Assembly: GCA_951406725.2 (NCBI GenBank)
Contig: OX597824.1
Span: forward strand, 2,356,001 to 2,420,000
Reading direction: 5' to 3'
DNA length: 64,000 bases
From: Octopus vulgaris
Taxonomy: Eukaryota
In this document: one piece after another, positions 12,969-27,189 of the stretch
Position numbering within the stretch: position 1 is the stretch's first letter
Layout of the letters: each line of letters starts with the position of its first letter
Notes under the pieces: generated by a model
Seen by the model: only the letters and a program-made list of their open reading frames with translations
The model's database searches: none
What the model was told of the DNA's origin: nothing
Position numbers and translations under genes: made by a program

Positions 12969-13187
12969 CAAGGGATTGCTGAAAAGTTCCTCGCTTCAAG
13001 GGTATTGTGAAAGGCTCGATTGGAGGCCCAAACTTCCGAATTCTTTTATACGGCTTAGAAAAACTGTAAGACCGCAGCAATAAGTATGTAAAGCTGAGAA
13101 GAGAATGTGTTGAATAAAATCATAATTAACTAATTCTCCTGTACTTTCTTTTACCCAAAGCCAGGGACTTTTCAGCCCTACTCCTCG
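12969..13187 (+). mobile_element. Internally deleted mariner / MITE
   Basis: Imperfect TIRs containing GCTGAAAAGT(T/C)CCT flanked by TA; retains the transposase C-terminus GLEKL*DRSNKYVKLRRECVE*. Confidence 0.7.
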
Positions 13188-13290
13188 TATTTATGCCTAC
13201 TTAAACATGGATGTTATATTTGAGCAAATTATACTGCAGTAGTTAATATGAGAGAAATCTCATATTGTCACTGTTGTGCAAAACGCATAT

Positions 13291-13410
13291 CACTAGCGGG
13301 GAGATAGATTCCCGCGCCGAGAACACCAGATGACATGATTTCGACCTTGCTTGGTCTAGTCAATGATGGACTCTCGACTGCTAGTGGCCGCAGTGATTCA
13401 TCTCCCCTGC
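13291..13410 (-). ncRNA. Degenerate type I hammerhead-like motif inside an inverted-repeat stem
   Basis: Minus strand TTGACTA-GACC-AAGCAA-GGTC-GAAA-TCAT-GTC; flanks GGGGAGAT/ATCTCCCC and CACTAGC/GCTAGTG are complementary. Confidence 0.45.
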
Positions 13411-14786
13411 AACAATATATAGATTGATAGTGCCAGAACAGGCGCTGGTTTCTCGATTAACCAGTTGGTTTGTTAAAATCATATATTAGCGACAGAGGAA
13501 GTATTAACACCGAGAGATATTATTTATGCCTACGAAAATGTCTGTCTTCCATCAGAACAAATTATATTGCGGCAGTTGCCATGAGAGGAACGCTGATATA
13601 TATGAATTCGCTTGTTAAGTTATAGATATACAAATGGGTTGGATGATAGCCTTTTGTTCATAGAACAGCTCGACCAAGAAATGTCTGCAAATAAACAGGA
13701 AAGCATCAACAATGACTGGAGGTGTAGTTGAATGAATTATATGACCAGAAAGGCATAAGCGCCAAAGCATCACTATCCAGTTCCTTATCATGCAATGTAG
13801 GTCATTTGAGCTGCTGCAATTCATTCATATTCAAAATAATGTTTAAGTTATTTACATGTTCCATTGCTTAATTTTGCTTAATTGTGGAGTAGCTCATTAA
13901 ATAATTCATAGAGCGATAGATAACTTCAATTTGGTTCCAACTCCAGCTATTTTGGCGTTCGGTGAAATTTCTATGTTTAGATGTTGCGAAGTTTGGTAAT
14001 TATTTTTAATTGCACTGGAAATATTTGATTTTTCAAGTTTAATCAAAACCTTTGAAAAAATGCTTTGATTTATTTTCGTTTTGATTAGTGTTAATGGCTA
14101 CATTTAATTACATCTATTTTACTGGTATTTTCTTCTTTAGTGAACTGCAAGGTCTAATGAATAAACCGAATTATCACTAGCGTTCGCTGCAAGTCCTGTA
14201 CTGTTGTTGATGCATAGGAGAAGTTAACAGCCATATTAATTTGACAGTTCAGTTCGTAACACTTAGCAATGAAGCCAAAAACACGAATAAGAATATTATT
14301 CTATATAATCATTGCTACTGAAATGATGTCAGAAGATTATATATATATATATAACAAAGTAGAGTTGTAAGGTACCGCACCAGCGGAAGTATATATGAAA
14401 AAAGGTTAGAAAATGCAATTTTAAAATGTTTATTTACTTGACCGGTTTCACGTTTTAGAAAAAATATGTAAATATATATATAAACATTTATGGATACATA
14501 TGTATGTGTACTTATATTCATATATATATATATATCTTATATGCATATGCATACATATATATATATGTACGTGTATATATATTGCGTCATATTATGTCAT
14601 ACATATTATCATATTCTATTCTTCTATATTATTTTTTGACACGGGTTTTGGTTACGATGATTTTCTTATTTCATATTTGGTGCTGAACCAAACGATTGAC
14701 TTGTTGATAGGAGCAATGGCAGCGCTCCGGTACATGTTTGAATAAAGTGATCCCCGAAAATGTCTTAAATCGCATGAGAGATATAC

Positions 14787-14993
14787 TCTTTACTCTTTTA
14801 CTTGTTTCAGTCATTTGAGTGCGGCCATGCTGGATCACCGCCTTTAGTTGAGCAAATCGACTCCGGGACTTATTCTTTGTAAGCCCAGTACTTATTCTAT
14901 CGGTCTCTTTTGCCGAACCGCTAAGTTACGGAGACGTAAACACACCAGAATCGGTTGTCAAGCAATGCTAGGGGGACAAGCACAGACACACAA

Positions 14994-15060
<67 letters not shown>

Positions 15061-15228
15061 CACACGACATGATTCTTTCAGTTTCCGTCTACCAAATCCA
15101 CTCACAAGGTATTGGTCGGCCCGGGGCTATAGCAGAAGACACTTGCCCAAAATGCCACGCAGTGGGACTGAACCCGGAACCAAGTGGTTGGTTAGCAAGC
15201 TACTTACCAGACAGCCACTCCTGCGCCT
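14787..15228 (-). mobile_element. tRNA-derived SINE family A, near full length
   Basis: Minus strand AGGCGCAGGAGTGGCTGTCTGG...GGGTTCAGTCCC; internal (TA)/(CA) tract; (AAGAGTA)n tail. Confidence 0.88.
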
Positions 15229-17290
15229 ATATATTTGTAGATCTTTCATAAGTTTGCACTTCCACACCTACATAAATTGTTTTCTGTTTTACTCTACTTG
15301 GATCTGTTAAAGTATTTTCCTATGAATTCTATTGCTTGTCTAAGGGCGTCCGGTTGTCCTGGGAAACCGCATTCAAGGATTTTAGACTGACATATTGACC
15401 GCATGGTGGTTTTTCTGACTGGTGTTTATTTTAACGATATTTCTGCACTGAATGCTATATTTTTCTTAACATTTAAGTAATCACAGATACAGACGTATAT
15501 GTGCACACATTTTATACACACACACACTCACATAGTCATACAAATGCACATACTCGCGCATGCGCTCCTGCGCATACAGGCACACTCATGCACACACACA
15601 CACACACACACATATATGTATGCATCTCGTTTAACCTTTTGCGATCATGATTAGAATCGCGCTACGTATGCAATGTAGCTAGGAATGAGGCAGCCGTGAA
15701 GACGCCCACATACCTGCACCTACCTTCACCTACCTTCACCTATAGAAATCAAACCTTCCATGCAATGTAACTACGAAAGAAATGATATTTTAAGGTCGAA
15801 GACGCGTGCGATATTCCGAGAGTCCTTCCTCTACAGACTAAACTGGCAATCACTCAAAGCTTCCTTAGTAAGGAGCATGATTGGACACCGCACAGGAAGT
15901 AATAATAAAACCTGCGAAAGGACAGATGGACTACCTGAAGTTAACGGCCATCCAATACTGTGTACATAAGCTTTTCCCTGTTATTTCTCATGGACAGCGG
16001 TAGTTTCTGAAGCTGCAGCAATCATTGACAATGGCTAGCACAGGAGGTTCAGTCAGTAGAGGACCATGAGAAGCAGAATGCAATTAAGGGGCAACGAATC
16101 ACTGGCAGTTAGTAACCCCTAATCCTTGTTAGAACATTTCTCTGAGTGAAGGAAAATTTTGATGTAAAACCTGCGGTTCGATGGCAGCTAATGATGCTGA
16201 CTAATTCTTCTTTTGGGGTTATTTCTTATCGTTGTTCAAGAAGTGAAATTGGCCCTGTGCAAGGCAACTCGTCACTTTGGAGAATTTTAAACAGGCGTCA
16301 CTTGACGTACCGGCATCGTCATCTTATACTTGTGAACCGGAAAGCAGACATCTTATATGTATGTATGTATGTGTGTATGTATGTATATACACATAAATAT
16401 ACATACACATTATGCATACATTTTATATTTGTGTGTGTGTGAGTTGCTCGACGGAAACCTTCTTTTAGTCTCCGTCTCGCAAGACACTTGTCTACGCGAG
16501 GAAAAACACAAGACAACATTTGCTGAAACTACCAAGCACGTAGATTGAACCCGATGCAATGTGAACACAGAGCGAGTTTCTTTATCACGCGCACACACCA
16601 GCGCTCAAGTTTTACTTACAGAATATTGAATACAGTATCTGCTTTCATTTACTTGTACGAATGTGTTGAATATCTGAACGTCACACTTGGTTTGATTTCA
16701 TTGTAATGACACTTAATCCGATTCTTCCCCACACATTCATGTAGCACATGCTCTCACTAACCTTGCCACATGTTCACACAGTTGTTAATTTGATCCACAC
16801 AAACAAGATATAATCTATCTTCTGTAACTGACTAATTATATTAATTCTAAATTCTCGCTGTTATTTCATACATGTAGGACTCAATGAACTTCGTTTTTAT
16901 TTTCTTTAAATAGGATAAGTATCGATTTATCTAAATGCTGTTTCGATCAAGCAACATTTTTACCTGTTCAAATTGTACAATCCTTTAATTATATAAACTT
17001 GTAATTCCGGTTTTCCTTTGTCGTCGTCTTTATTGAAATTGTATCACTTTAGCTTCAACTTAACGCACTAATGTTTAAATTCTATAATTCTCTTGGGTTT
17101 GTTCTTTGATCATATATACATCCATTATAAAGTATATTCGATCTTCACTACTTCACATATTGGACATTGCTATAGAAACAATGTTTGGTGTTAGCAATCT
17201 TTCTGCTTACTTTCATTACACAGCAATCGTACACATATTCAAGTATAAAATACGAGCTATTTCTCTATTGCAGTTTCTAATATTCGAGAA

Positions 17291-17524
17291 TACCTATTTC
17301 TTTACTACCCACTTGGGGCTACACATAGAGGGGACAAAGAAGGACAGACAAGCGGATTAAGTCGATTACATCGACCCCAGTGCGTAACTGGTACTTAATT
17401 TATCGACTCCGATAGGATGAAAGGCAAAGTCGACCTCGGCGGAATTTGAACTCAGAACGTAAGGGCAGACGAAATACGGCTACGCATTTCGCTCGGCGTG
17501 CTAACGGTTCTGCCAGCTCGCCGC
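17291..17524 (-). mobile_element. SINE family B (Meta-domain-like) with 17-bp TSD
   Basis: Minus strand GCCTTTCATCC..CGGAGTCGATAAATTAAGTACCAG resembles the MetaSINE core; box B-like GAGTTCAAATTCC; TAATATTCGAGAATACC duplicated at 17278-17294 and 17527-17543. Confidence 0.88.
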
Positions 17525-17805
17525 AATAATATTCGAGAATACCATTAAATGACAGTCATTCCTCGTATATCTATGGTCCAAGTAACTGATTATCCAGTGA
17601 AGTAAGGTATCAGTGAGTCGGTCTTACACAAGATATTCATGTTAGACCCAAATGTTTCAGAGAGTTAACAAAGCGACTTGAAAGACGAAAAGCCTCATTA
17701 CCTGTTTCTGGTAGCATTTTATTTATACTACGATTATATTTCTATTCCTGTAAACATCCAGATTAATTATTTATAACAATTACTTTACTTTTGTAAGGCT
17801 AGTAA

Positions 17806-18240
17806 TTGCAGAGGAGGGGTTACATCGATTACATCGACCGCGGTGCCCTACTCATACATTTTTTTAATCAACACAGAAAAGACGAAAGCCAAAGTCGACC
17901 TCGCCGGAATTTAAACTCAGAACGTAAATCCGGACGAAATGTCTATTTCTTTATTACCCACAATGGGCTACACATAGAGGGGACAAACAAGGACAGATAT
18001 AGGTATTAAGTCGATTACATCGACCCCAGTGCGTAACTAGTACTTAATTTATTGACCCCGAAAGGATGAAAGGCAAAGTCGACCTCGGCGGAATTTCAAC
18101 TCACAACGTAACGAGGAACGAAATACGGCTACGCATTTCGCCCGGCGTGCTAACGTTTCTGCCAGCTCGCCGCCTTATCCGGACGAAATTTCGCTAAGCA
18201 TTTGGCCCGCGTGCTAACGATTCTGCCAGCTGGCCGCGTT
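17806..18240 (-). mobile_element. SINE family B nested in an older family-B copy
   Basis: Inner copy 17941-18176 is flanked by the 13-bp TSD ATCCGGACGAAAT (17928-17940, 18177-18189); the host copy resumes after it. Confidence 0.88.
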
Positions 18241-18599
18241 CGTTATCATCAATATCTGTTCAAATAAAACATTGATGTGTTTTTGTTCTATTTATATCAG
18301 TTAAAAGAATCGTAAGAAGAATTAAAAGTGCTTTGTTATTTTAATGTATGAAATGAAGACATTATTTTCCTGATGATGCAGACATTGAGCTGCGCGTCAA
18401 GGTTTTCCTTTTTGTGTTGAGGGAAAAAAACTTGAAAAGAATTCGACGGAGAATTCGAGAAAACTGGTCGCATAAACATATATGACACAAACATACACAC
18501 AAGAGGGAATACACACATAAACACATCCATACTTGTATGTTACTTTTGAAGTAACAAAAACAATTATTACTCTATGCACTCTGTGCATTCTGCACGATT

Positions 18600-18770
18600 T
18601 ACAGTCACACCCGGCGGGCTTCGCGGTAGTTTCCATCTACCAATTTCACTCACAAAGCATTGATAATCATGGGACTAGACATGAAGAAAATTACCCAGCG
18701 TGCAGCACTGTTGGACTGAGCCCGAAAGCAGGTGATTGCGAAGAAGTGATATTCTAACCAGGCAGCCATT
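18600..18770 (-). mobile_element. Degenerate SINE family A head
   Basis: TTTCCATCTACCAATTTCACTCACAAAGC...GGACTGAGCCC...CAGCCA aligns with 15081-15218. Confidence 0.6.
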
Positions 18771-18864
18771 CTAGACTGTTCATATTTTCTCGTTAGTGAA
18801 ATAAACTATATTCCGAATTCAATCGATATTGAATGTAATATAAAATGTTGAATATAAACTGCAT

Positions 18865-18904
<40 letters not shown>

Positions 18905-19227
18905 TGCATCATACAGAAGTATGACGCTTCTTGCCGATTGATCATGCTTTTACGAAATGGAGCTATTACAGCATATTACAACGTAAAACTCAAACAAAAT
19001 TAAATGGAGAAAAAAAAACACATCAGAAGATAACATTAATATCCTACATAAAATTACACACAGAACAGGAAGATTAACTAAGGAAGCTTTATTAGATGCA
19101 AAAGCATTGTCAAATATTGACACACATCAGGTTATTTGAAATTTAGTACGCGTCACCTAAGTAGTTGAATGCAAGTATATACATACATACGTACATACAT
19201 ACATACATACATACATACATACATACA

Positions 19228-19273
<46 letters not shown>

Positions 19274-19560
19274 GTAAAAATAAGTTACGAAAAGAAAATA
19301 TAAAATATAAAATACACGTGGAAATATAAGGTTAAAATATGAAAAATCAACGAAATGCATATTGCAAAGAGAAAAAGGCTATTTATGACAGGTAGCGACA
19401 AATATATGCATTTAGATTGACTGAGGTAGTAATACGAGTCATAAAGGTCATTATTATGAGATGATTATAAGATGATAATAAAGTAAGAGAACAAAACGGG
19501 CCAATGATTTACGCAAAGCTATTCATCGTTCGAACAACACCGGTTAATATATATATATTC

Positions 19561-19614
<54 letters not shown>

Positions 19615-19623
19615 TATATGTAT

Positions 19624-19671
<48 letters not shown>

Positions 19672-20392
19672 GTATAACATGTTACAGTTATACAATAGTC
19701 AAGATAAACTCTGAGTTTCGGGTGCCGAAGTGGAAATCCACAACAAGATCTCTTCGGTTATCTGGCCATCTGAAAAACGCTATGAAAAAGTACCGTTATA
19801 TAAAGGGAAATTACTGTGTTATAATTCCGCTACTTATATAAATTAAGATTAAAAGTCCATAGTAAACACGTAAACATGGCTACTCATACGCTCACATGTG
19901 CGCGCGCGGACCCACGTGCGTACTTATACGTCACTATGAAACGTACACATCTTCACTCGCATTTTTCGCCAAATGTATACGCATATATATACAAACTCAT
20001 ACACACACACGCGTACCGTAAAAGTTCATACATACGTCTATATACGCACAAGCACAAGAAAAACCATGGTTAAAGGTAACAGAAAAAAAAACATAAGGAA
20101 GTATACAAAGCGTAAAAACCACGTTCATATACGGACATGCCCCTATGCATTCATACACACACGTGCCCATATATGTACATACCTGCACATGTTTATATAC
20201 GCATACACACACACGCATACACAAACAAAGGAATATACATATGGCCAAAAAAAAAACCTAAAATATTGTAGAAATTCAGAGTTTTATCTTGACTATTGCA
20301 TAATTGCAACATATTATTTTATAGATAAGTTTCCTCTATTTACATAATATTGAGGTCTCTTTCTTTCTTTTGTTATCTTACCGTTTTTACCA

Positions 20393-20899
<507 letters not shown>

Positions 20900-20900
<1 letters not shown>

Positions 20901-22013
20901 TTGTAGTTGAAGGGGTAAAATTAAGCCCAGCCAAAGTCAGTAGTGGCGTTCCGCAAGGCACTGTGCTGGGCCCACTTCTTTTCATCATTTACATTAATGA
21001 CATTAATGACATCATCAAGCACAGCAACATAAAAATCTTTGCAGATGACTCCAAGCTACAGAAGGTCATAAATGAGGTGAGTGACCGGACATGACTTCAG
21101 TCAGATCTACTGGCTGTTATCCAATGGGCAGAAAAAAACAATATGCTGCTGAACGAGGATAAATTTGAGCTAATCCACTTTGGAAAAGAGGATGCCCTGA
21201 AACTCCCATACTCCCTTCCTTCAGGTGAAACTCTCGCGGCGTCCAACAACATCAGAGACTTGGGAGTAATTGTGGACAACAACATAAGCTGGGCCACTCA
21301 TATAAACACCAAAGTTGACATGGCCCGCAGAATGTGTTCCTGGATTCTCAGAACTTTCCAGTCGAGAGATATCCACACCATTATCCTTCTCTTCTCCACT
21401 TTTGCCCGACCCCACCTTGAATACTGTTGTCCACTGTGGTCTCCCCACACAATACAAGGTATCATAAAAGTTGAAGCACCTCAAAGGGCAATCACAAAAA
21501 AGATAGATGGCATGACAGGCTTCGACTATTGGGGTCGACTAGAAAAGCTAAAACTCTATTCTCTCCAACGTCGTCGTGAGCGCTACATCATCTGCATGAT
21601 GTGGAAAATATTCCATCAGCATTGCCCAAATGATGTTGGCATCACATTTAAGGTACATCCAAGGCTTGGGCCCCGTGCCATCCGCCCAAAACAAAAATCG
21701 CACTCTCATCTCATAACAACAATACGGCACAATTATTTCACCTCAATTGGCCCCGCTCTCTTTAACATTACACCAAAACACATTAAAACAGAAACTGACC
21801 CTATAGGGTTCAAGAAGTCTTTGGACAGATTCCTTCAAGAAATCCCGGATAAACCCCCTACACCCGGATATGTCTCTGTAAACAATAACTCTCTACTTGA
21901 GTGGGCCATAGTGCCCAAATTCTGACTTGAAAGACTTCACCAGGTGGTGCTATTAAGTTAGACATGGCCTGGGCCAATAATGGCCGAAACCTATCAAAGT
22001 ATCAAAGTAAAGT
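20900..22013 (+). mobile_element. 5'-truncated CR1-group LINE (RT C-terminal half + 3'UTR)
   Basis: [45 protein letters not shown] and LYSLQRRRERY in one frame with a single in-frame TGA (21092-94); stop at 21923-25; 3' stem-loop and (ATCAAAGT) tail; embedded in (TA)n. Confidence 0.93.
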
Positions 22014-22234
22014 ATATATATATATTTGTGTGTGTGTGTGTAGTTTTTGTGTGTTCCCATTCCAAATGCAGAGGTGGGTACTACTGCCGGCCAGTCACTC
22101 GGTACTTATCTACCTTGCATGTCCTTTACTAAAGCCATAACTCATTAAGGTCCACTCTCTCTTATTGCAACCGCATTCAATTTCGCTAAATACTCTTGGA
22201 CCAATACTAAGTTGAATGAAGTCTAACTAGACAC

Positions 22235-22365
<131 letters not shown>

Positions 22366-23004
22366 ATTAATTACTTACGTGAGGCGCCCTAAATTTCACA
22401 TAACCTGATTTGTGTCAATATTTCACAAGGAGTAGATCAATCGGTGCCATTTCTTCCAGTCGTTGTTTAGTACTTTATTTTATCGATTCCAGAGGGATCT
22501 GATATGCGAAAATACATTCTCCTGAATCTCTTAGCCCGTCGCTTTTTCCTGTCTTGTACATCTAAAACAATACAGATGAAAATGCATATTTTCAATGGTT
22601 TTGTTCAACTACATTACTGAATCACATTTTCAACACGATTCCCTCCAATAGTTATGCAAATTTCGATTAGCTTTGCGAGAATCATTTCTCTGTCTTTCAT
22701 TGACTAAATCTTTTCTTTCGAATACACCAAAACAATAAATCAAGATGACGGATATATTGTAAGCCAGGGACACCTTCGATACCACAGCGCCGCTAATCCA
22801 GTCAAGCAAACTGTCATTCAAGCAGTAGCTGGACATTTTAGTCACTTCAGGCGAGATTAAGTGGTATGATGTTTTCTTCCCAACTATATGATATCAGGTT
22901 CAGTCCTACCTTGAGCAAGTGTCTTGTACTAAAGCCTTGGGACGAGCAAAGACTTGTGAGTGAAATCGCTAGGCTGGCACAAAATAAGTCATTCGTATAT
23001 ATAT

Positions 23005-23205
23005 TGTTGAAATTTACAGAAAAAAAAGATGAAGACAGGTGTATAAACAACAAACAGGTGTATTAGCCTGATGCTCGGGAAGGGAGGAAAGTTTTTTACG
23101 TTTCGAGCCTACGCTCTTCAACAGAAAGGAACATGAGGAAATAAATGAAGAGAGAATAAAAAGAGGGAGAATAAATTCAATCTTTTGGAGCTAGTGGTCA
23201 ATCAT
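23005..23205 (-). mobile_element. Short hammerhead-motif repeat (family H)
   Basis: Minus strand CTGTTGA-A-GAGC-GTAG-GCTC-GAAACGT (23098-23124); homologous to 45708-45910 and 54888-55080. Confidence 0.7.
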
Positions 23206-23326
23206 GTACATATATATATGTATGTATATATATATATATGTGTATGTATATATATATATATATATATGTATGTATATATATATATGTATGTATATATATA
23301 TATGTATGTATATATATATATGTATG

Positions 23327-23365
<39 letters not shown>

Positions 23366-23429
23366 GTATGTATATATATATGTATGCATATATATATATA
23401 AATGCAATCATGTAAATAATGTATGTATG

Positions 23430-23660
23430 TGTGCAGGCCTTTGTGTCTATGTTTGTCTCCAATGCTTGGCAACCGGTGTTAGTTGCGTTTTTCTCCCATA
23501 ACTTAGTGTGTCAATAACAGAGACTGATAGAATAAGTACAATTCTTGACACACATCCGCAAAAAAGAAAGTGCTGGCATCGATTCGTTCGACTTAAATTC
23601 CTCAAAGTCGTGATCCAAGATGGCCCCCGTCTAAAGACTTAACCATGTAAAAGTATAAGG
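23430..23660 (+). mobile_element. SINE family A, degenerate 3' half
   Basis: CATAACTTAG...GACTGATAGAATAAGTAC...GATTCGTTCGACT matches the reverse complement of the family-A body. Confidence 0.6.
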
Positions 23661-25284
23661 TAAGTGATGTGTGTGTGTGTGTGTGTGTCTGCGTGTGTAT
23701 AGGTGGGATTGTTTATAGTGATTCTACTTACTTATAGATCAGAAGAATTGTGAAGATTCTTGCTGATATCGATAGGGAAACTGTTTGGTTTTTTTTTCAA
23801 CTCTTTTTTTGGGGGGCAGAGAAATGCGTTTCAGCAAAGACTGAAGATATATACAAGGGGAAAAAAAGGAAAAACTAAAAATCAGTATTTACTTCACGAG
23901 ACTACATAGACATATAACAATAAAAGGCGTTGAGGAAGCGACCAGTGAATTAGGATAAAAGCAGCTTTGGTACGAAGTAAATAAATTCGGAAAACGTGGA
24001 GAGGTTACTGTAATGAAGTGAAATACAGCCGGACAATTTGTTGTTACTTCTTGTAGACCGTTAGTGGAAACGTTTCTTGGTCAGCTAACAATAATGGCTC
24101 TGATGATGACTGACACCCCGTGTGAACATGTATCTGTGTCCGGGAGGCTATGTGCGTATGCCTCTGTCTTTATGAGTTTGCAAGCGGAGTGGTTAAACAT
24201 CACGTGAGGTGTGGATGGCAGATGACGTCAATGAGGTCTTTTTAATGGTTATATTAATTAGATTAGCTTATAACTCAAAAGTCAAACTCAACGAGAACAC
24301 AGCGTGTTAGTCAAAGCCGAACTATTAATAAGAGAAGGACTTAGAAAGTTTTGATACAGAAATATATATATATACATATGCGCACACGCGCACACATATG
24401 CACATATATATATGCATACATAAATCTAATGATGCATAGTTATGTAAATATTTGTATGCATATATATTATATACTTATATATATACATTTATGTGTGCGT
24501 ATGTGCTTGTATGTATATATACATGTGTATGTATGTATGTATGTATGTATGTATGTATGTATGTATGTATGTATGTATGTATATATGAAAGTCTACAGCA
24601 TATAAATAGGTCAAATGATAAAAGATAAAAGAGCTACAAGTGTATGAATTCATAGTAAACACAGAGCGAAGCCACTAGAAATCAATATATGTTCAGTTGC
24701 TTCCTACTGTTTAAAGACTGTTGCGAGCGAGTGAAATTATTCCATTAACATCTGCAAAGACAGTATGGCGTCGGCATGTGATCTGATCAACAGGTAGTGC
24801 AGCAACAAAATATCAGGAAAAATATACAGAATTCACATTTCATCTGTTCGCTTAATCGCTTCTTTCTACTTAAAAAAAAATACTACGATACTATACTACC
24901 AGTCTTTATACACAACACACACGTGCGCGCACACACACAATGCGGGCGATATCCAGGGTAGATTTCAATTTTGGAGTTCTTTGGTCAAACCCGAAGGAAG
25001 TCCACACAAGAGGGAAAAATATGTAAATACAATGAACGATAAAAATGGACAACACAAGAAGGGCATAGCTTAACAAATAAGGGTTTGGCTGAACGCTTTG
25101 AAGGAAATGCCTTACATATTTTAAACCTTATTTCTTCTCTATTGCCCTTTTCTATACATCTTTGTTTCTATACTACACTCTCACACTCACGTGCGTATGT
25201 ATGTTCATTTATAGATGTAGGTGTATGTATATATTTATAAGTACTTGAGGCTAATCGAATGTATGTATAGGTCTATGTATATAT

Positions 25285-25720
25285 TGGCTGTATTAAGAAG
25301 TTTAGTTCCCAACCACATGGTTCCAGATTCAGTCCCACGCCGTGAGACCTTGGTCAAGTGTTTTTACTATAAGCCTTACCGACAAATTCCTTTCAAGTGG
25401 ATTTGCTTGATGAAAACTAACAGAATTCCGTTAAACCTATGTCTGTGTGCGTCTGTGATTTTGTATGCGTGTACTTCCGTGTGTATGTATGTGTGTATGT
25501 ATGTGTGTGTGTTTGTATGTATGCATGCATGTACGTAGGTACGTATGTATGTATGTAGGTGTGTGACTTTTGGTTTGTCTTCCATCACCACTTATTGAAA
25601 ACTGTTATTAATTTGCTCACTTGTCAATAAGTTAGGTTATCGGCAAAAGGGCCCTATTGGGTATGTACAAACGTTCAGAAAATGTATGGCCACAGTCCAG
25701 TAAATGAAACACGTAGAAGG
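25285..25720 (+). mobile_element. SINE family A, degenerate
   Basis: TGGCTGTATTAAGAAG...CCCAACCACATGGTTCCAGATTCAGTCCC...CCTTGGTCAAGTG head followed by the microsatellite-containing body. Confidence 0.7.
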
Positions 25721-26548
25721 TGAATGTGTGTTTATATGTTGGTATATATATATATATATATATATATAAAAAGAGGCGGCTATAAGCAACATAAAACTTA
25801 AAACGTTGTCATTAATTGTGACTAACGGTGAAATTTAACACTTACATTGCTAGAAATAAGAGGTAAAAGCCCTTAGGGCCGCAAAGAAGCACATTTCTAT
25901 GCACTGATAGGGGAGGTAACGGCCCCACGGCGAACGAGATCACTATACTAGTCTAGTTTCGCTTGGAACTAAAAACTCATACACTATATCTTATATTTAA
26001 GATTCCTGATAAATTCGTATGATCCGGTGTATTTACCATGGTTTTCTCAAGGAATGTTTATAGGCGTTGCGAACAACGAGTTTTAAATATGTTGCTAGAC
26101 AAGCAAACACAGAAATCGCTCAGTAGTGTACTGCTTTCGAAGTTCACTTAAGGCCGAGCTCGTGTGCATTAAGATGAAAGGAATCGTGTGTTTGTGTAGG
26201 CTGTGTGAATTCATATTAGGGAACGACAGACTCTAGAAGCATAGTTTTATAACAGGTTTGGAAAGTTTACGCAAGTGAGCGTTTATTTGTCTCCGTCTTT
26301 ATTCATTTATCTTTTTAGTTATTGATCTGATTAGAGAAGGAGTGTGTCTCTCCGACTTTGCAGATTGTCCCTTCCATACCAGAATGCTGTGACCTATGTC
26401 GTTAACGGTCTTGTGGAATAGCTAATAATCGATAACTGCAGGAAAGACACTTGCTGAGAGGATAATTAAACAAATTAACGTCTATTTTTATATAGTTGAG
26501 AAAGAAATATTTTCCTCGGTAAAACGACACAAGGCTATAATAAGTAGT

Positions 26549-27154
26549 CTACATGTATATATACATGCATACATATATATATATGTGAGTACAGGACACC
26601 ACAAATAAACGTAGAACACAACGAGAGACGAGAACATAAAATCAAACAAGGAAACGGACTTTTTTTTAAACAACGAAAAAACAGAGTACAGGACTATCCT
26701 GTACTGTGTTTATTTGTGGTGTCCTGTACTCATATATATATATATATGTATGCATGTATATATACATGTGGATGTAAGTATGTACATATATGTATGTATA
26801 TATGCATATGTTTTATTTATTTATTATATTACTATATAACCGAACGCACGCGTTATTTCTCTATTTCTCTTCTCCAAGTTTTTATTTGAATCATCACGAC
26901 GCGCACCCTTTGACCTTTCCTCCCTGCCTGTCTGTCTTTCTCTCTACTTGTTCTTCACCCCTTCTGGTTTCTTTTCCCCCCTCTATCTCTCTCTCTCTCT
27001 CCTCCTCCTCCTCCTCCTCCTGACCAGAGGGTTGCTAAAACTTTCTTTATTTCTCACCCTTCTGGTTTCTTCCCCCTCTCTCTCTCTCTCTCATCCTCCT
27101 CCTGACCAGAGGGTTGCTAAAACTTTCTTTATTTTTCCTCCTTCTGGTTTCTTC

Positions 27155-27189
<35 letters not shown>

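Noticed and set aside
19422-19440. let-7-like TGAGGTAGTA (and miR-71-like TGAAAGACAT at ~58879)
   Set aside because: Only 10 nt match and no precursor hairpin.
25945-25990. Further very degenerate minus-strand hammerhead-like motifs (here and ~28750-28800)
   Set aside because: Cores too mutated to distinguish from chance without a family consensus.
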